NCBI GenBank assembly: GCA_041484665.1
Contig: JBGPIA010000010.1
Coordinates: 32,001-96,000, forward strand
Direction of reading: 5' to 3'
From: Candidatus Krumholzibacteriia bacterium
Lineage (GTDB): Bacteria; Krumholzibacteriota; Krumholzibacteriia; JAJRXK01
DNA length: 64,000 nt
Part shown: in pieces, positions 38,083-46,549 of the stretch
Numbering within the stretch: the stretch's first letter is position 1
How the letters are laid out: each line of letters starts with the position of its first letter
The notes under the pieces: model-generated
The model's database searches: none
What the model was told of the DNA's origin: nothing
The model's input: the letters and a program-made list of their open reading frames with translations, nothing else
Program-made: the position numbers and the translations under genes

Positions 38083-38136
38083 CCGCCGCCGCGGCCGTTC
38101 TGGCCGTGGCTCCCGCGGCTGACTAGAATGCCAGCC

Positions 38137-38841
38137 ATGCTCGAGCTGCGCGGACTTAGCAAGCGCTTCGGACGGCATGAGGCGCTGCGGGATGTAAGCC
38201 TCACCGTGCGGCCCGGCGAGATCTACGGGCTGCTCGGGCCCAACGGCTCGGGCAAGTCGACCACCCTCAAGATCGCGACCGGCCTGGTCTTCCCCGACCG
38301 CGGCGATGTGCGCATCGGCGGTGTGGACCTGGCGCAGGACCGCCTTGCCGCATTGCGGCAGATCGGCGCGCAGATCGAGGCGCCGGCGTTTCCAGCGCAC
38401 CTGAGCGGGCGGCGCAACCTGCAGCTCTTGGCCGACGTCCAGCAGGCTCCGCGCCCGCAAGCCGATGCGCTGCTGGAGCAGGTCGGCCTGGGGCAGGCCG
38501 CGGACCGCCGCGTCGAGGGCTACTCGACCGGGATGAGACAGCGCCTCGGTTTGGCGGCCGCGCTGCTCGGCAGGCCCGCGGTGCTCATCCTCGACGAGCC
38601 GACCAGCGGCCTGGATCCCGAGGGACGCGAGGAGATGCTCGCCTTGATCGCTGCCTTGGCCCGCGATGGCGCGCTGGCCGTGCTCTTCACCAGCCACGTC
38701 TTCGATGAGGTGGCGCGTCTGTGCCAGCGCATCGGCATCCTGCAGGCCGGGGCGTTGGTGCACGAGGGCCCGGTGCAGGACGCCGACCGCCTGCGCCAGC
38801 TGTACTTCGGCGGCGCCGCGCCGCGAGAGGCCGTCTTGTGA
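38137..38841 (+). CDS. ABC transporter ATP-binding protein (ABC-2/BcrA-like)
   Basis: GPNGSGKS, YSTGMRQR, ILDEP and TSH. Alternative start 38128. Confidence 0.95.
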   Translation: MLELRGLSKRFGRHEALRDVSLTVRPGEIYGLLGPNGSGKSTTLKIATGLVFPDRGDVRIGGVDLAQDRLAALRQIGAQIEAPAFPAHLSGRRNLQLLADVQQAPRPQADALLEQVGLGQAADRRVEGYSTGMRQRLGLAAALLGRPAVLILDEPTSGLDPEGREEMLALIAALARDGALAVLFTSHVFDEVARLCQRIGILQAGALVHEGPVQDADRLRQLYFGGAAPREAVL

Positions 38842-39647
38842 TCGGACGCGCTCTGCGCCTGGAGTGGGGGCGGTTCCGCGCGCGCCGCGAGACGCGCGCA
38901 GCCGCGCTCTTCCTGCTCTTGGGCACGGTCGGCTACGGACTGCTGCTGCGTGCGGTGGGCGGCTCGGGCCTGCCGGGCGCGGCGCTGGTGGGCGCGGAGC
39001 CCAGCGGCTTCCACCTCGCCTACAAGACCGCGCGGGGCATCGTGCCGCTGTTGGCACTGTTCCTGTTGCTGTGGAGCGCGGGCAGCATCGCCTCGGAGCT
39101 GGAGTCGGGTACCTTGCGCGCCCCGTTGCTGCGCCTGCCGCGCCCGGCGGTGGCGCTGGGCAAGGCCGCCCTCTACGTGGCGGCGGCGGCCGTGCTGCTG
39201 GGCGTCATCTTCGCGTTAGGCCTCGCGCTGGGCGCGCTCACCTTCGGGCTGCACGCAGTGACCGCGGACAGCATCGTGCTGCACACTGCGGGGGCGCTGC
39301 TTGGCTCGGGCCTGCTGGGCGCGTTGCTGACGCTCTTGCCTTTGGCCTCGGTCGTGGCGCTGGGGATCTGCGCCTCGTGCCTCACGCGCACGGCGCACGC
39401 CGCGCTGACGCTGGCGCTGATCGTGGCCTGCGTGTTGTGGGCGGCAACGCTGTTGCCCGTAGCCGAACGCGTGGTGTTCCCGGCGACGTTGGGTCGGCCG
39501 CTGGCGGTCGCGCTCAGCCGTGCCGAGGGGCTCAAGACCGAGAGCTTTCGGGACGGGCTGCTCCAGCACCTGCTCGTCAACGCGCTGTGGACCGCGGGGC
39601 TGCTGGGGCTGGGCGTGGCGCGCTTCCGTCGGCGGGATCTGCCGTGA
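38838..39647 (+). CDS. ABC-2 type permease
   Basis: GTGA overlaps at both ends; IASELESGTLR..GK; about 6 TM; terminal RFRRRDL. Confidence 0.88.
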   Translation: MIGRALRLEWGRFRARRETRAAALFLLLGTVGYGLLLRAVGGSGLPGAALVGAEPSGFHLAYKTARGIVPLLALFLLLWSAGSIASELESGTLRAPLLRLPRPAVALGKAALYVAAAAVLLGVIFALGLALGALTFGLHAVTADSIVLHTAGALLGSGLLGALLTLLPLASVVALGICASCLTRTAHAALTLALIVACVLWAATLLPVAERVVFPATLGRPLAVALSRAEGLKTESFRDGLLQHLLVNALWTAGLLGLGVARFRRRDLP

Positions 39648-41461
39648 CGCGGGCCTGGCACGGGTGGGGGCGGGTGACGCCGATGACGCCGGGGGCAGCA
39701 GCCCTGCCGTCTTGGGCGGCGCTCCTGCGTGTCGGGGCGCTGCTGCTCGCGGCGGCGCCCGGGGCGCGTTCCGCCCCCGTCGAGGTGGAGGGACCGCTCG
39801 CGTTCAACAGCTACCTGCTCGAGCTGCCCGGCAAGGTCCGCTTCACTTACTATGAGGACATCGACCGCGACGGGCTCACCGATGTGCTCGCGGTCTACGG
39901 GAACTCGGACCCGAAGCGGCCACCGCGTGATCTGGCGGTCTTCTTCCAGCGCAAGGACGGCTTTGCGCCGCGGCCCGACCTGCGCTTGCGCATCCCCGAC
40001 GAGGTCGCGGTCATCGACCTGGGTGATGTCGAGGAAAGCGTGCCGGGGGAAGAGCTGCTGCTGCTCGACGGCACCGGCGTCGACTGGTTCCCGCTCGTGC
40101 GGCCGCAGCCCGGGACGGCAGCCGGGAGCGCTGCGGCAAATGCTGCGGCAGGCACGGCGGCAGGCACGGCGGCGGACACGGCGGCAGACACGGCGGTGGA
40201 CACGGCGGCAGACACGGCGGTGGGCGCACCCACGGACGCAGGGCGGGATGTCGCGGCGGACACAGTGGTGAGCGCCGCAGCAGACTCGGCTGCCGGCGGG
40301 CCGATCCTGGCACGAGGCACGCGGCTGGTGGCCGTGGACGGCCTGCTGGCCGCCTCCGACCCCGAGAACCTGCGCAAGTACGACTTCGCGCGCCCGTTGG
40401 ACGCTGCGACGCGCGCCACGCTGTTCATTCCGCGCACGGAGGGCTACCGCGTCTTCTACCCCGCCGACGACTATGCCGTCGGGCAGGACATCCCGGTGCG
40501 CCACGTCCACCGCATCGGCGCGAATTCCGAACGCAGCGACCGCGACCAGATGGAGTACCGCGTGCGCCCCGCGGTCATCCAGCTGGTCGATTTCGACGGC
40601 GACGGCCGCCAGGATTTCGCCGTCGCCCACCTCGACGAGGTCGCCGTGCACCGCCAGGTGGACGGGCGCTTCACCACCGCAGCCGATCTGGACCTGTCCC
40701 TGGGGATCCTCACCAACGTGGACCGCGAGTCGGCCCAGGGAGTGGACTCGCTCATCGATTTCAAGCTGGCGGACTTCGACGGCGACAAGCTCGCCGATGT
40801 GTTCGTATGGAAGACCGTGGTCCAGAAGAAGGCCGTCATCAACGACAAGCAGCAGTACCAGCTCTACCGCAATCGCGGCTTCCGGTTCGAGCCGGTGCCC
40901 GACCAGGCATTCGTGCTTAAGAGCTTCGACGCCGCCACCATTGCCGATCTCGACGGCAACGGCAAGCTGGACCTGGTCACCGGCTACTTCGAGTTCAGCG
41001 TCGCCAACATCATCAAGGCGCTGCTCTCCAAGAAGTTCGCCATCGACCTGAGCTTCTTCCTGGCCGATGAGCACGGCTTCCCCGACCGCCCGGCGGAGAC
41101 ACGTGAGTTCAAGATCCGGTTCAGCCTCTCCAATCTGGACGAGACGTTCGCGCCGGCGGTCGACGTGGAGGACGACTTCGACGGCAACGGCGTGGTGGAC
41201 TTCCTGCTGCAGACCGACGACCAGCGCGTGGACATCTTCCTGGGATCGGCAGGGGGGCCCCACCTGTTCGAGCAGAAGGCCTCGGTAAGGCTCCAGACGC
41301 CGGCCTGCGAGCGCCATCACGCCGCCGACATGAACGGCGACGGCCGGGCCGATCTCGCGTTCGACTCGTTTCCCGACCGCGCTCCGTTCAAACCGGGCTG
41401 GATCAACATCGTGCTCAGCAGCGGAGCGCCGGCGCGGCCGCCTGTCCCGCAGCCGCGTTAG
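39644..41461 (+). CDS. Secreted FG-GAP/VCBS repeat protein
   Basis: Repeated DxDGDGxxD motifs (DIDRDGLTD, DFDGDGRQD, DFDGDKLAD, DLDGNGKLD, DFDGNGVVD, DMNGDGRAD). Start uncertain. Confidence 0.88.
   Translation: MTRAWHGWGRVTPMTPGAAALPSWAALLRVGALLLAAAPGARSAPVEVEGPLAFNSYLLELPGKVRFTYYEDIDRDGLTDVLAVYGNSDPKRPPRDLAVFFQRKDGFAPRPDLRLRIPDEVAVIDLGDVEESVPGEELLLLDGTGVDWFPLVRPQPGTAAGSAAANAAAGTAAGTAADTAADTAVDTAADTAVGAPTDAGRDVAADTVVSAAADSAAGGPILARGTRLVAVDGLLAASDPENLRKYDFARPLDAATRATLFIPRTEGYRVFYPADDYAVGQDIPVRHVHRIGANSERSDRDQMEYRVRPAVIQLVDFDGDGRQDFAVAHLDEVAVHRQVDGRFTTAADLDLSLGILTNVDRESAQGVDSLIDFKLADFDGDKLADVFVWKTVVQKKAVINDKQQYQLYRNRGFRFEPVPDQAFVLKSFDAATIADLDGNGKLDLVTGYFEFSVANIIKALLSKKFAIDLSFFLADEHGFPDRPAETREFKIRFSLSNLDETFAPAVDVEDDFDGNGVVDFLLQTDDQRVDIFLGSAGGPHLFEQKASVRLQTPACERHHAADMNGDGRADLAFDSFPDRAPFKPGWINIVLSSGAPARPPVPQPR
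40133..40228 (+). repeat. 12-bp coding tandem repeat x8 (AADT/AAGT)
   Basis: GCGGCAGACACG-type units. Confidence 0.9.
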
Positions 41462-41515
41462 GAGCGCCGCGGATGGCGCTTTCCCATGACCGAGGGGCGT
41501 TGTAGGGTGTCGGCC

Positions 41516-42811
41516 ATGCGCACTTGGAGAACGCTTGCGGCGCGCGGGGGTGCTCCCGCGCTGGCGGTGGCGGTGGCGCTGTCGCTGTGGCCCGCGGTGG
41601 CCCCGGATGCGCCGCGCGCGCAGAACCCGTTCCTGCAGCAGCGCGACGCCAAGCGCATCCAGCAGATCTCCATCTTCGGCAATCGCGTCACCAAGGAGTA
41701 TGTGATCCGGCGCGAGTTGCGCTTCCACGAGGGGGACGTGTACGACGCAGAGGCCGTCGCCTCCGCGTGGGAGCGCCTGGAGAAGCTCGACTTCATCTCC
41801 TACGTGGACATCCAGGAGAAGCAGCCATCGCCCGGCGAGGTGATCCTGGTCATCCAGGTGGAGGAGGAAGGCCGCCTGTCCTTCATTCCGGGCACGTCCT
41901 ACGACGATCGCTACGGCGGCGTGAGCCTGGAGGCGCGGGCGCTCTATCGCAATTTCCGCGGGCACGGCGAGGTGGTGGAGCTGGACGCCTCCTGGCTCAA
42001 GCTACACGCCTTCCGCCTGGGTTGGACCAACCCCTGGATCCTGGGGCGGGCACACCTGGGCGTATCGCTGGACGGGGAGTGGAAGCGCTACGACTTCCGC
42101 TACGAGCCCTTCCACTTCGAGGAGCCCAGCGGCCAGATCGCCGTCTGGCGCGACCTGGGCCGGTGGGCGCGGGCGACCACCTCGTTCGCGTATCGCAACG
42201 AGCGCATCGACGACAGCGAGCAGCCCGCGGCCTTCCCCGACCACACGATCGTCGACCCGGTGCTCGCGCTGCGTCTGGAGCACGACAGCCGCGACCTGCG
42301 CTACTACCCGCGCAAGGGCGTCCACGCGGTGGCCGAGGTGCGTTACGGCGCGCTGGGCCAGGGGCGCCCGTACACCACCTACGAGGGGCTGTTGGCCGGC
42401 TTCTACGCGGTGCCGGTGGCTGGCATCCTCGCCGGCCGCATCGACTACCACGCCAGCAGTACGGCGTTGCCATTCTACGAACGGGCCTACCTCGGCGGCG
42501 CGGAGAACCTGCGCGGCGTCGACTTCGGCCGCGTGCGCGGCGACGAGAGTTGGCTGGCCACCGTGGAGCTGCGCAAGCCCCTGTTCCTGCTGCCCCTGCG
42601 CGAGGGGCGCACGGTGGGGCTCGGCCTGCATGCCTTCCATGACTGGGGCAAGGCCTGGGCGCACGGCGCGGGCTTCGACAGCGCGCCGGTGCGTTGGTCC
42701 TGGGGCGCGGGCGCCCACCTGAACGTCAACATCGCCAATCTGCGCTTCGAGTGGGTGCGCAACGACCTGGGCGTGGATTCGTTCGTCTTCGAGGACCGCT
42801 TTACCTTCTAG
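41516..42811 (+). CDS. Omp85-family protein with a single POTRA domain
   Basis: IFGNRVTKEYVIRREL, RNFRGHG, GGAENLRG, FHDWGKAW and terminal F. Confidence 0.88.
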   Translation: MRTWRTLAARGGAPALAVAVALSLWPAVAPDAPRAQNPFLQQRDAKRIQQISIFGNRVTKEYVIRRELRFHEGDVYDAEAVASAWERLEKLDFISYVDIQEKQPSPGEVILVIQVEEEGRLSFIPGTSYDDRYGGVSLEARALYRNFRGHGEVVELDASWLKLHAFRLGWTNPWILGRAHLGVSLDGEWKRYDFRYEPFHFEEPSGQIAVWRDLGRWARATTSFAYRNERIDDSEQPAAFPDHTIVDPVLALRLEHDSRDLRYYPRKGVHAVAEVRYGALGQGRPYTTYEGLLAGFYAVPVAGILAGRIDYHASSTALPFYERAYLGGAENLRGVDFGRVRGDESWLATVELRKPLFLLPLREGRTVGLGLHAFHDWGKAWAHGAGFDSAPVRWSWGAGAHLNVNIANLRFEWVRNDLGVDSFVFEDRFTF

Positions 42812-42915
42812 GCGACGCAGGCGCGCAGCCTGCCCGCCGGCGGCCGGCTCCGCCGGCGAGCCGCTCGCCGTGCGCGCCGGGCCGGCGCCCCCGAACGTGG
42901 AAGGAGGTGAGCGCG

Positions 42916-43974
42916 ATGAGCCCAGCGGAACGCATCCGCCTGACGCAGTACGCGAGCGCGGCCGGCTGAGCCGCCAAGCTGAGTCCGGAGGACTTGGCTC
43001 GCATCCTCGACGGCCTGCCCACGGCGCAGGACGACCCCAACGTCCTGGTCGGGCTGGAGCGTCCCGATGACGCCGGCGTCGTGCGCATCGCCGGCGATCG
43101 GGCCATCGTGCTCACCGTCGACATCATCACGCCGCTGGTGGACGACCCGCGCGCGTTTGGCAGCATCGCCGCCGCCAACTCCATCAGCGATCTCTACGCG
43201 ATGGGCGCGCGTCCGATCGCGGCGCTGAACATTGCGTGCTTCGTGCCCAGCCTCCCGGCGGAGGTCTACCGGGCGATCCTGTCGGGCGCCGCCGAGACCG
43301 CCCGGGCGGCCGGCTGCCCCATCGTCGGCGGGCACACCATCAAGGACACCGAGATCAAGTTCGGGCTGGCGGCCGTCGGCGAGGTGCACCCGCAGCGCAT
43401 CCTCACCAAGGGTGGCGCGCTGCCGGGTGACGCGCTGGTGTTGACCAAGCCGCTGGGCACCTCGGCGCTGGCCACCGCGCTCAAGCGCGGCGTCTTGTCC
43501 GAGGGCGAATCCGCCTACGAGCGCCTGATCGCCTCCATGACGACGCTCAACGCCGATGCCGCGGACGTAGCCCTGCGCTACGGCGCGCACGCGCTCACCG
43601 ACATCACGGGCTTCGGCCTCTCGGGGCACTCCCTGGAAATGGCCCAGGCCAGCGGGGTGACACTCGAGATCCAGCTGGGCGAGCTGCCCGTGCTCCCGCG
43701 CGCCCTCGAGCTGCTCGCGGCCGGGCACACCTGCGGGGGAACCGCAGCCAACCGCGCGCGGGCTCAGGCCTCCCTGGAAATCTGCGGGGCGCCGGGCGAG
43801 GCACTGCTCGCCCTGCTTCACGATCCACAGACCTCCGGGCCGCTGCTCATGGCGCTGCCCCCCGCGGCCGCCGACGCGGCTGTCGCCGAGCTGCGCCGGC
43901 GCGGGCACGCCGACACGCGGCGGATCGGCCGCGCGCTACCCCAGGCTACCGCTGCGCTGCGCGTCGTGGCCTGA
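42916..43974 (+). CDS. selD: Selenide, water dikinase (selenophosphate synthetase); selenoprotein with Sec at TGA 42967-42969
   Basis: AGGAGG RBS; MSPAERIRLTQYASAAG-TGA-AAKLSP continues in frame into DDAGV, AAANSISDLYAMG, GGHT, LTKPLG, TDITGFGL and DPQTSG. Confidence 0.95.
42977..42999 (+). promoter_or_regulatory. Putative bacterial SECIS hairpin
   Basis: AGCTGAGTCC-GGA-GGACTTGGCT: 10-bp stem with two G-U pairs; G-rich loop starts 18 nt after the UGA. Confidence 0.75.
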
Positions 43975-44339
43975 GCGGGTCCGCGACGCGGGATCCGGCG
44001 TCCTGCGGCCGCCGCGCGACGGCACCCCCCCCGACCCATCCGACGCCCCCGCGAGCGCCCGCCGCGCGACCCCCCCGCCGCGCGACCCCCCCGCACGCGC
44101 TCCGCGCGGTCACGCTGCGCGCGGGGCCGCCCCTGCTTGCGCCGGGCGCCAGGCCGGGTTATCTACCCGAGTGCCGCGCCGGGCCCGGCTCCACCGGAGC
44201 GGCACCCATGCAGATCCCATGCAGCAGGGGAATCGAGTGAGTCATACGCACGACGTCGGGATCGCCCTGGCACGGAACGGCGCCCTTCGTCCATCCGATC
44301 CGACAGATGCAGTGAAGACATCATCCACTGGAGTGGGGA

Positions 44340-45341
44340 ATGGCAGAGAAGATCGCCGTCTACGTGGACGGTGCCAATGCGTATTTCGCCCAGAAGGAGG
44401 CGCTGGGTTGGTGGATCGACTGGCCCAGCTTCCTCAGCGTCATGAAGGAAGGGCGCGAGCTGGTGAGCGTGCGCTGGTACCAGGCGTACCGCGGAACTCC
44501 CGAGCCCGAGCAGGATCGGTTCCTCCACCATCTGACCCTGATCGGCTTCGCCGTCCGCAAGAAGATCCTCAAGAACATCTTCGACAAGATCACTGGAGAG
44601 ACAACGGTGAAGGGCAATCTCGACGTCGAGCTGACGATCGATGCCCTCACCGAGGCGAATCACTACGACACGGCCATCCTGGTCACGGGCGACAGCGACT
44701 TCGTGTCGCTGGTGGAAGCGCTGCGTTCCCGGGGCAAGCGCGTGTGGGTGGTGGCCACGCAGCAAAACGTCGCCGTCGAACTGCGGCAGGCCGTAGGGGT
44801 CAACTACATCGATCTGCGCGACCTGCGTCATCGCATCGAGAGCGCCAAGCGCGCTCCCGAGCCGCGCAACGACCGCGCCGAGCGTGCCGATCGTCCCGAA
44901 CGTCCTGACCGTCTCGATCGTGCCGAACGTGCCGAGCGCCCCGAGCGACCCGAACGACCGGAGCCCGTGCCGCGCAACGGCGGGCCGCGGGAGCGCGTCG
45001 AGGAGGCTGGCGCCCCGGTCAACGGCGACGAGATCCGGGAGGACGACCCCGAAGCCGGCCTCGTGCCGGCGCCACCGCGGGAGGACATCGCCCTTCCCCA
45101 GGAGGGCGAGATCGTCCGCTGCCACGTCCAGGCCGTGAAGCGTTACGGCGTGTTCCTCGATCTGCACGAGAGCGTCAAGACGCTGCTGCACGTCAAGGAC
45201 ATGAACCGCGGCTTCGTGGGGGACGCGGCCGAGTTCTACCGCGTGGGCGACCAGATCACCGTGCAGATCGTCTCGATCGACTGGTCGCGCACCCCGCCCG
45301 AGGTACGCGTGCAGGTGACGACACCGGAGATGGAGTACTGA
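44340..45341 (+). CDS. NYN (LabA/DUF88) domain protein fused to a C-terminal S1 RNA-binding domain
   Basis: VYVDGAN, KGNLDVELTID and LVTGDSDF; charged linker; EGEIVRCHVQAVKRYGVFLDL..LLHVKDM..VGDQITVQI (S1). Confidence 0.9.
   Translation: MAEKIAVYVDGANAYFAQKEALGWWIDWPSFLSVMKEGRELVSVRWYQAYRGTPEPEQDRFLHHLTLIGFAVRKKILKNIFDKITGETTVKGNLDVELTIDALTEANHYDTAILVTGDSDFVSLVEALRSRGKRVWVVATQQNVAVELRQAVGVNYIDLRDLRHRIESAKRAPEPRNDRAERADRPERPDRLDRAERAERPERPERPEPVPRNGGPRERVEEAGAPVNGDEIREDDPEAGLVPAPPREDIALPQEGEIVRCHVQAVKRYGVFLDLHESVKTLLHVKDMNRGFVGDAAEFYRVGDQITVQIVSIDWSRTPPEVRVQVTTPEMEY
44871..44960 (+). repeat. 9-bp coding tandem repeat x10 ([D/E]R[A/P/L])
   Basis: DRA ERA DRP ERP DRL DRA ERA ERP ERP ERP. Confidence 0.9.
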
Positions 45342-45372
45342 CAGCAGGGTCCGCGGCGCCGCGGGCGCGCCG

Positions 45373-46305
45373 TCATGTGCGTGAAGGAAGGGGCTCGCGG
45401 CCGGTCTTCTCCCGGAAGAAGCGGTAGCTGAGGATCTTCACCGCCAGCTTGGCGGCCACCAGCTCGTTGACCTGCGACTGGAGCTGCGGAACCGTCTCGG
45501 TGATGTCGGCGCCAATCACCAGGGCCTTGCTGTCCAGCAGCAGCCAGCGCGCCACGCGCAGGGCCTCGCTCCAGCTCAGGCCTCCGGGCTGCGGGGTGCC
45601 CGTGCCGGGACACAGGTGCACTTCGAGGCCGTCGATGTCCACGGTGAAGTAGACCGGCCCCGTGAGGCTGGTCAGCTGCTCGCGCAGGCGGTCCCACACC
45701 CGGGGCTCCTCGAGCTGGTGGGACCAATATGTATGGATGCGCTCGTCGCCTCGGATGAGCTCGAACTCTTCCTGGCAGGCGCTGCGGATGCCGATGGCGA
45801 TGAGCTGGGCGGCCCCCATCTCCAGCAGCCGGCGCATGGCACAGGCGTGGTTGTGGATGGTGCCGCCGTACTCGGTGCGCAGGTCGGCGTGGGCGTCGAT
45901 CTGAACGATGGTTAGCTCGCGGGGGTTCTTGCACACCCCGGCCAGGATCGCCGGCGTGACCGAATGCTCACCGCCCAGCCCCAGGGGGAACGGCGGGGCC
46001 AGCCCGTAGCCGGCGCAGGCCTTCTTCAGTCGCGCCAGGTACGCCTCTGGGCGCTCGGCCGGATCGCACTCCACCGGCGGAAGGGTCGCGATCTTGAGGC
46101 CGGTCATCAAGTCCCAGCCGAGCTCCTCATCGAAGGTCTCGACCTGCTCGCTGGCCGCGAGGATCGCCGCCGGCCCCTGACCGGTCCCCCGCCCGTAGCT
46201 CACGGTCCCCTCGAAGGGAGCGGAGATCACCGCCACGTCGGCGTCATCCAGGCCAGCGTTGGGAACGCCCAGGAAGCTCTGTTGCGGTGAAGCCTTCTCG
46301 GCCAT
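45373..46305 (-). CDS. speB: Agmatinase (ureohydrolase family)
   Basis: GGEHS, DAHAD, DID and PGTGTPQPGG. Confidence 0.9.
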   Translation of the reverse strand: MAEKASPQQSFLGVPNAGLDDADVAVISAPFEGTVSYGRGTGQGPAAILAASEQVETFDEELGWDLMTGLKIATLPPVECDPAERPEAYLARLKKACAGYGLAPPFPLGLGGEHSVTPAILAGVCKNPRELTIVQIDAHADLRTEYGGTIHNHACAMRRLLEMGAAQLIAIGIRSACQEEFELIRGDERIHTYWSHQLEEPRVWDRLREQLTSLTGPVYFTVDIDGLEVHLCPGTGTPQPGGLSWSEALRVARWLLLDSKALVIGADITETVPQLQSQVNELVAAKLAVKILSYRFFREKTGREPLPSRT

Positions 46306-46549
46306 GATCGCACCTCGCCGGCCCGCGCCGGCAGCCCGGATCCCGGGCGCCCTGGATCCACCCGTGACAAGCGGGCCACCCGGTGTTACAGTACTGGGGT
46401 CGACGACGGCGCGCGCCTGGAGGATCCCAGAGGTCGCGGCCGTTCGGGCGCCTCGGACACCTGTACCTTCCCTCCCGGTCCGAGCCGAAGCGAACAGTCT
46501 AGCAGAATCGTTCGGCTTGGGTAGACCGCTTCCCAGAAGGAGTGTGCCG

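Noticed and set aside
26989..43974. Selenoneine or arsenosugar biosynthetic cluster (glycosyltransferases plus selD)
   Set aside because: No SenA/EgtB-like, SenB-like or ArsS radical SAM gene was seen, and the genes are far apart.
42994..43974. ORF-track start of selD at TTG 42994
   Set aside because: It would omit the catalytic U-x-x-K segment. The RBS-supported ATG at 42916 with UGA recoding fits better.
46306..46325. CCGGCGAGGTGCG upstream of agmatinase resembling the start of a guanidine-III riboswitch
   Set aside because: It sits directly before the ATG with no room for the rest of the motif; GAGGT is explained as the SD sequence.
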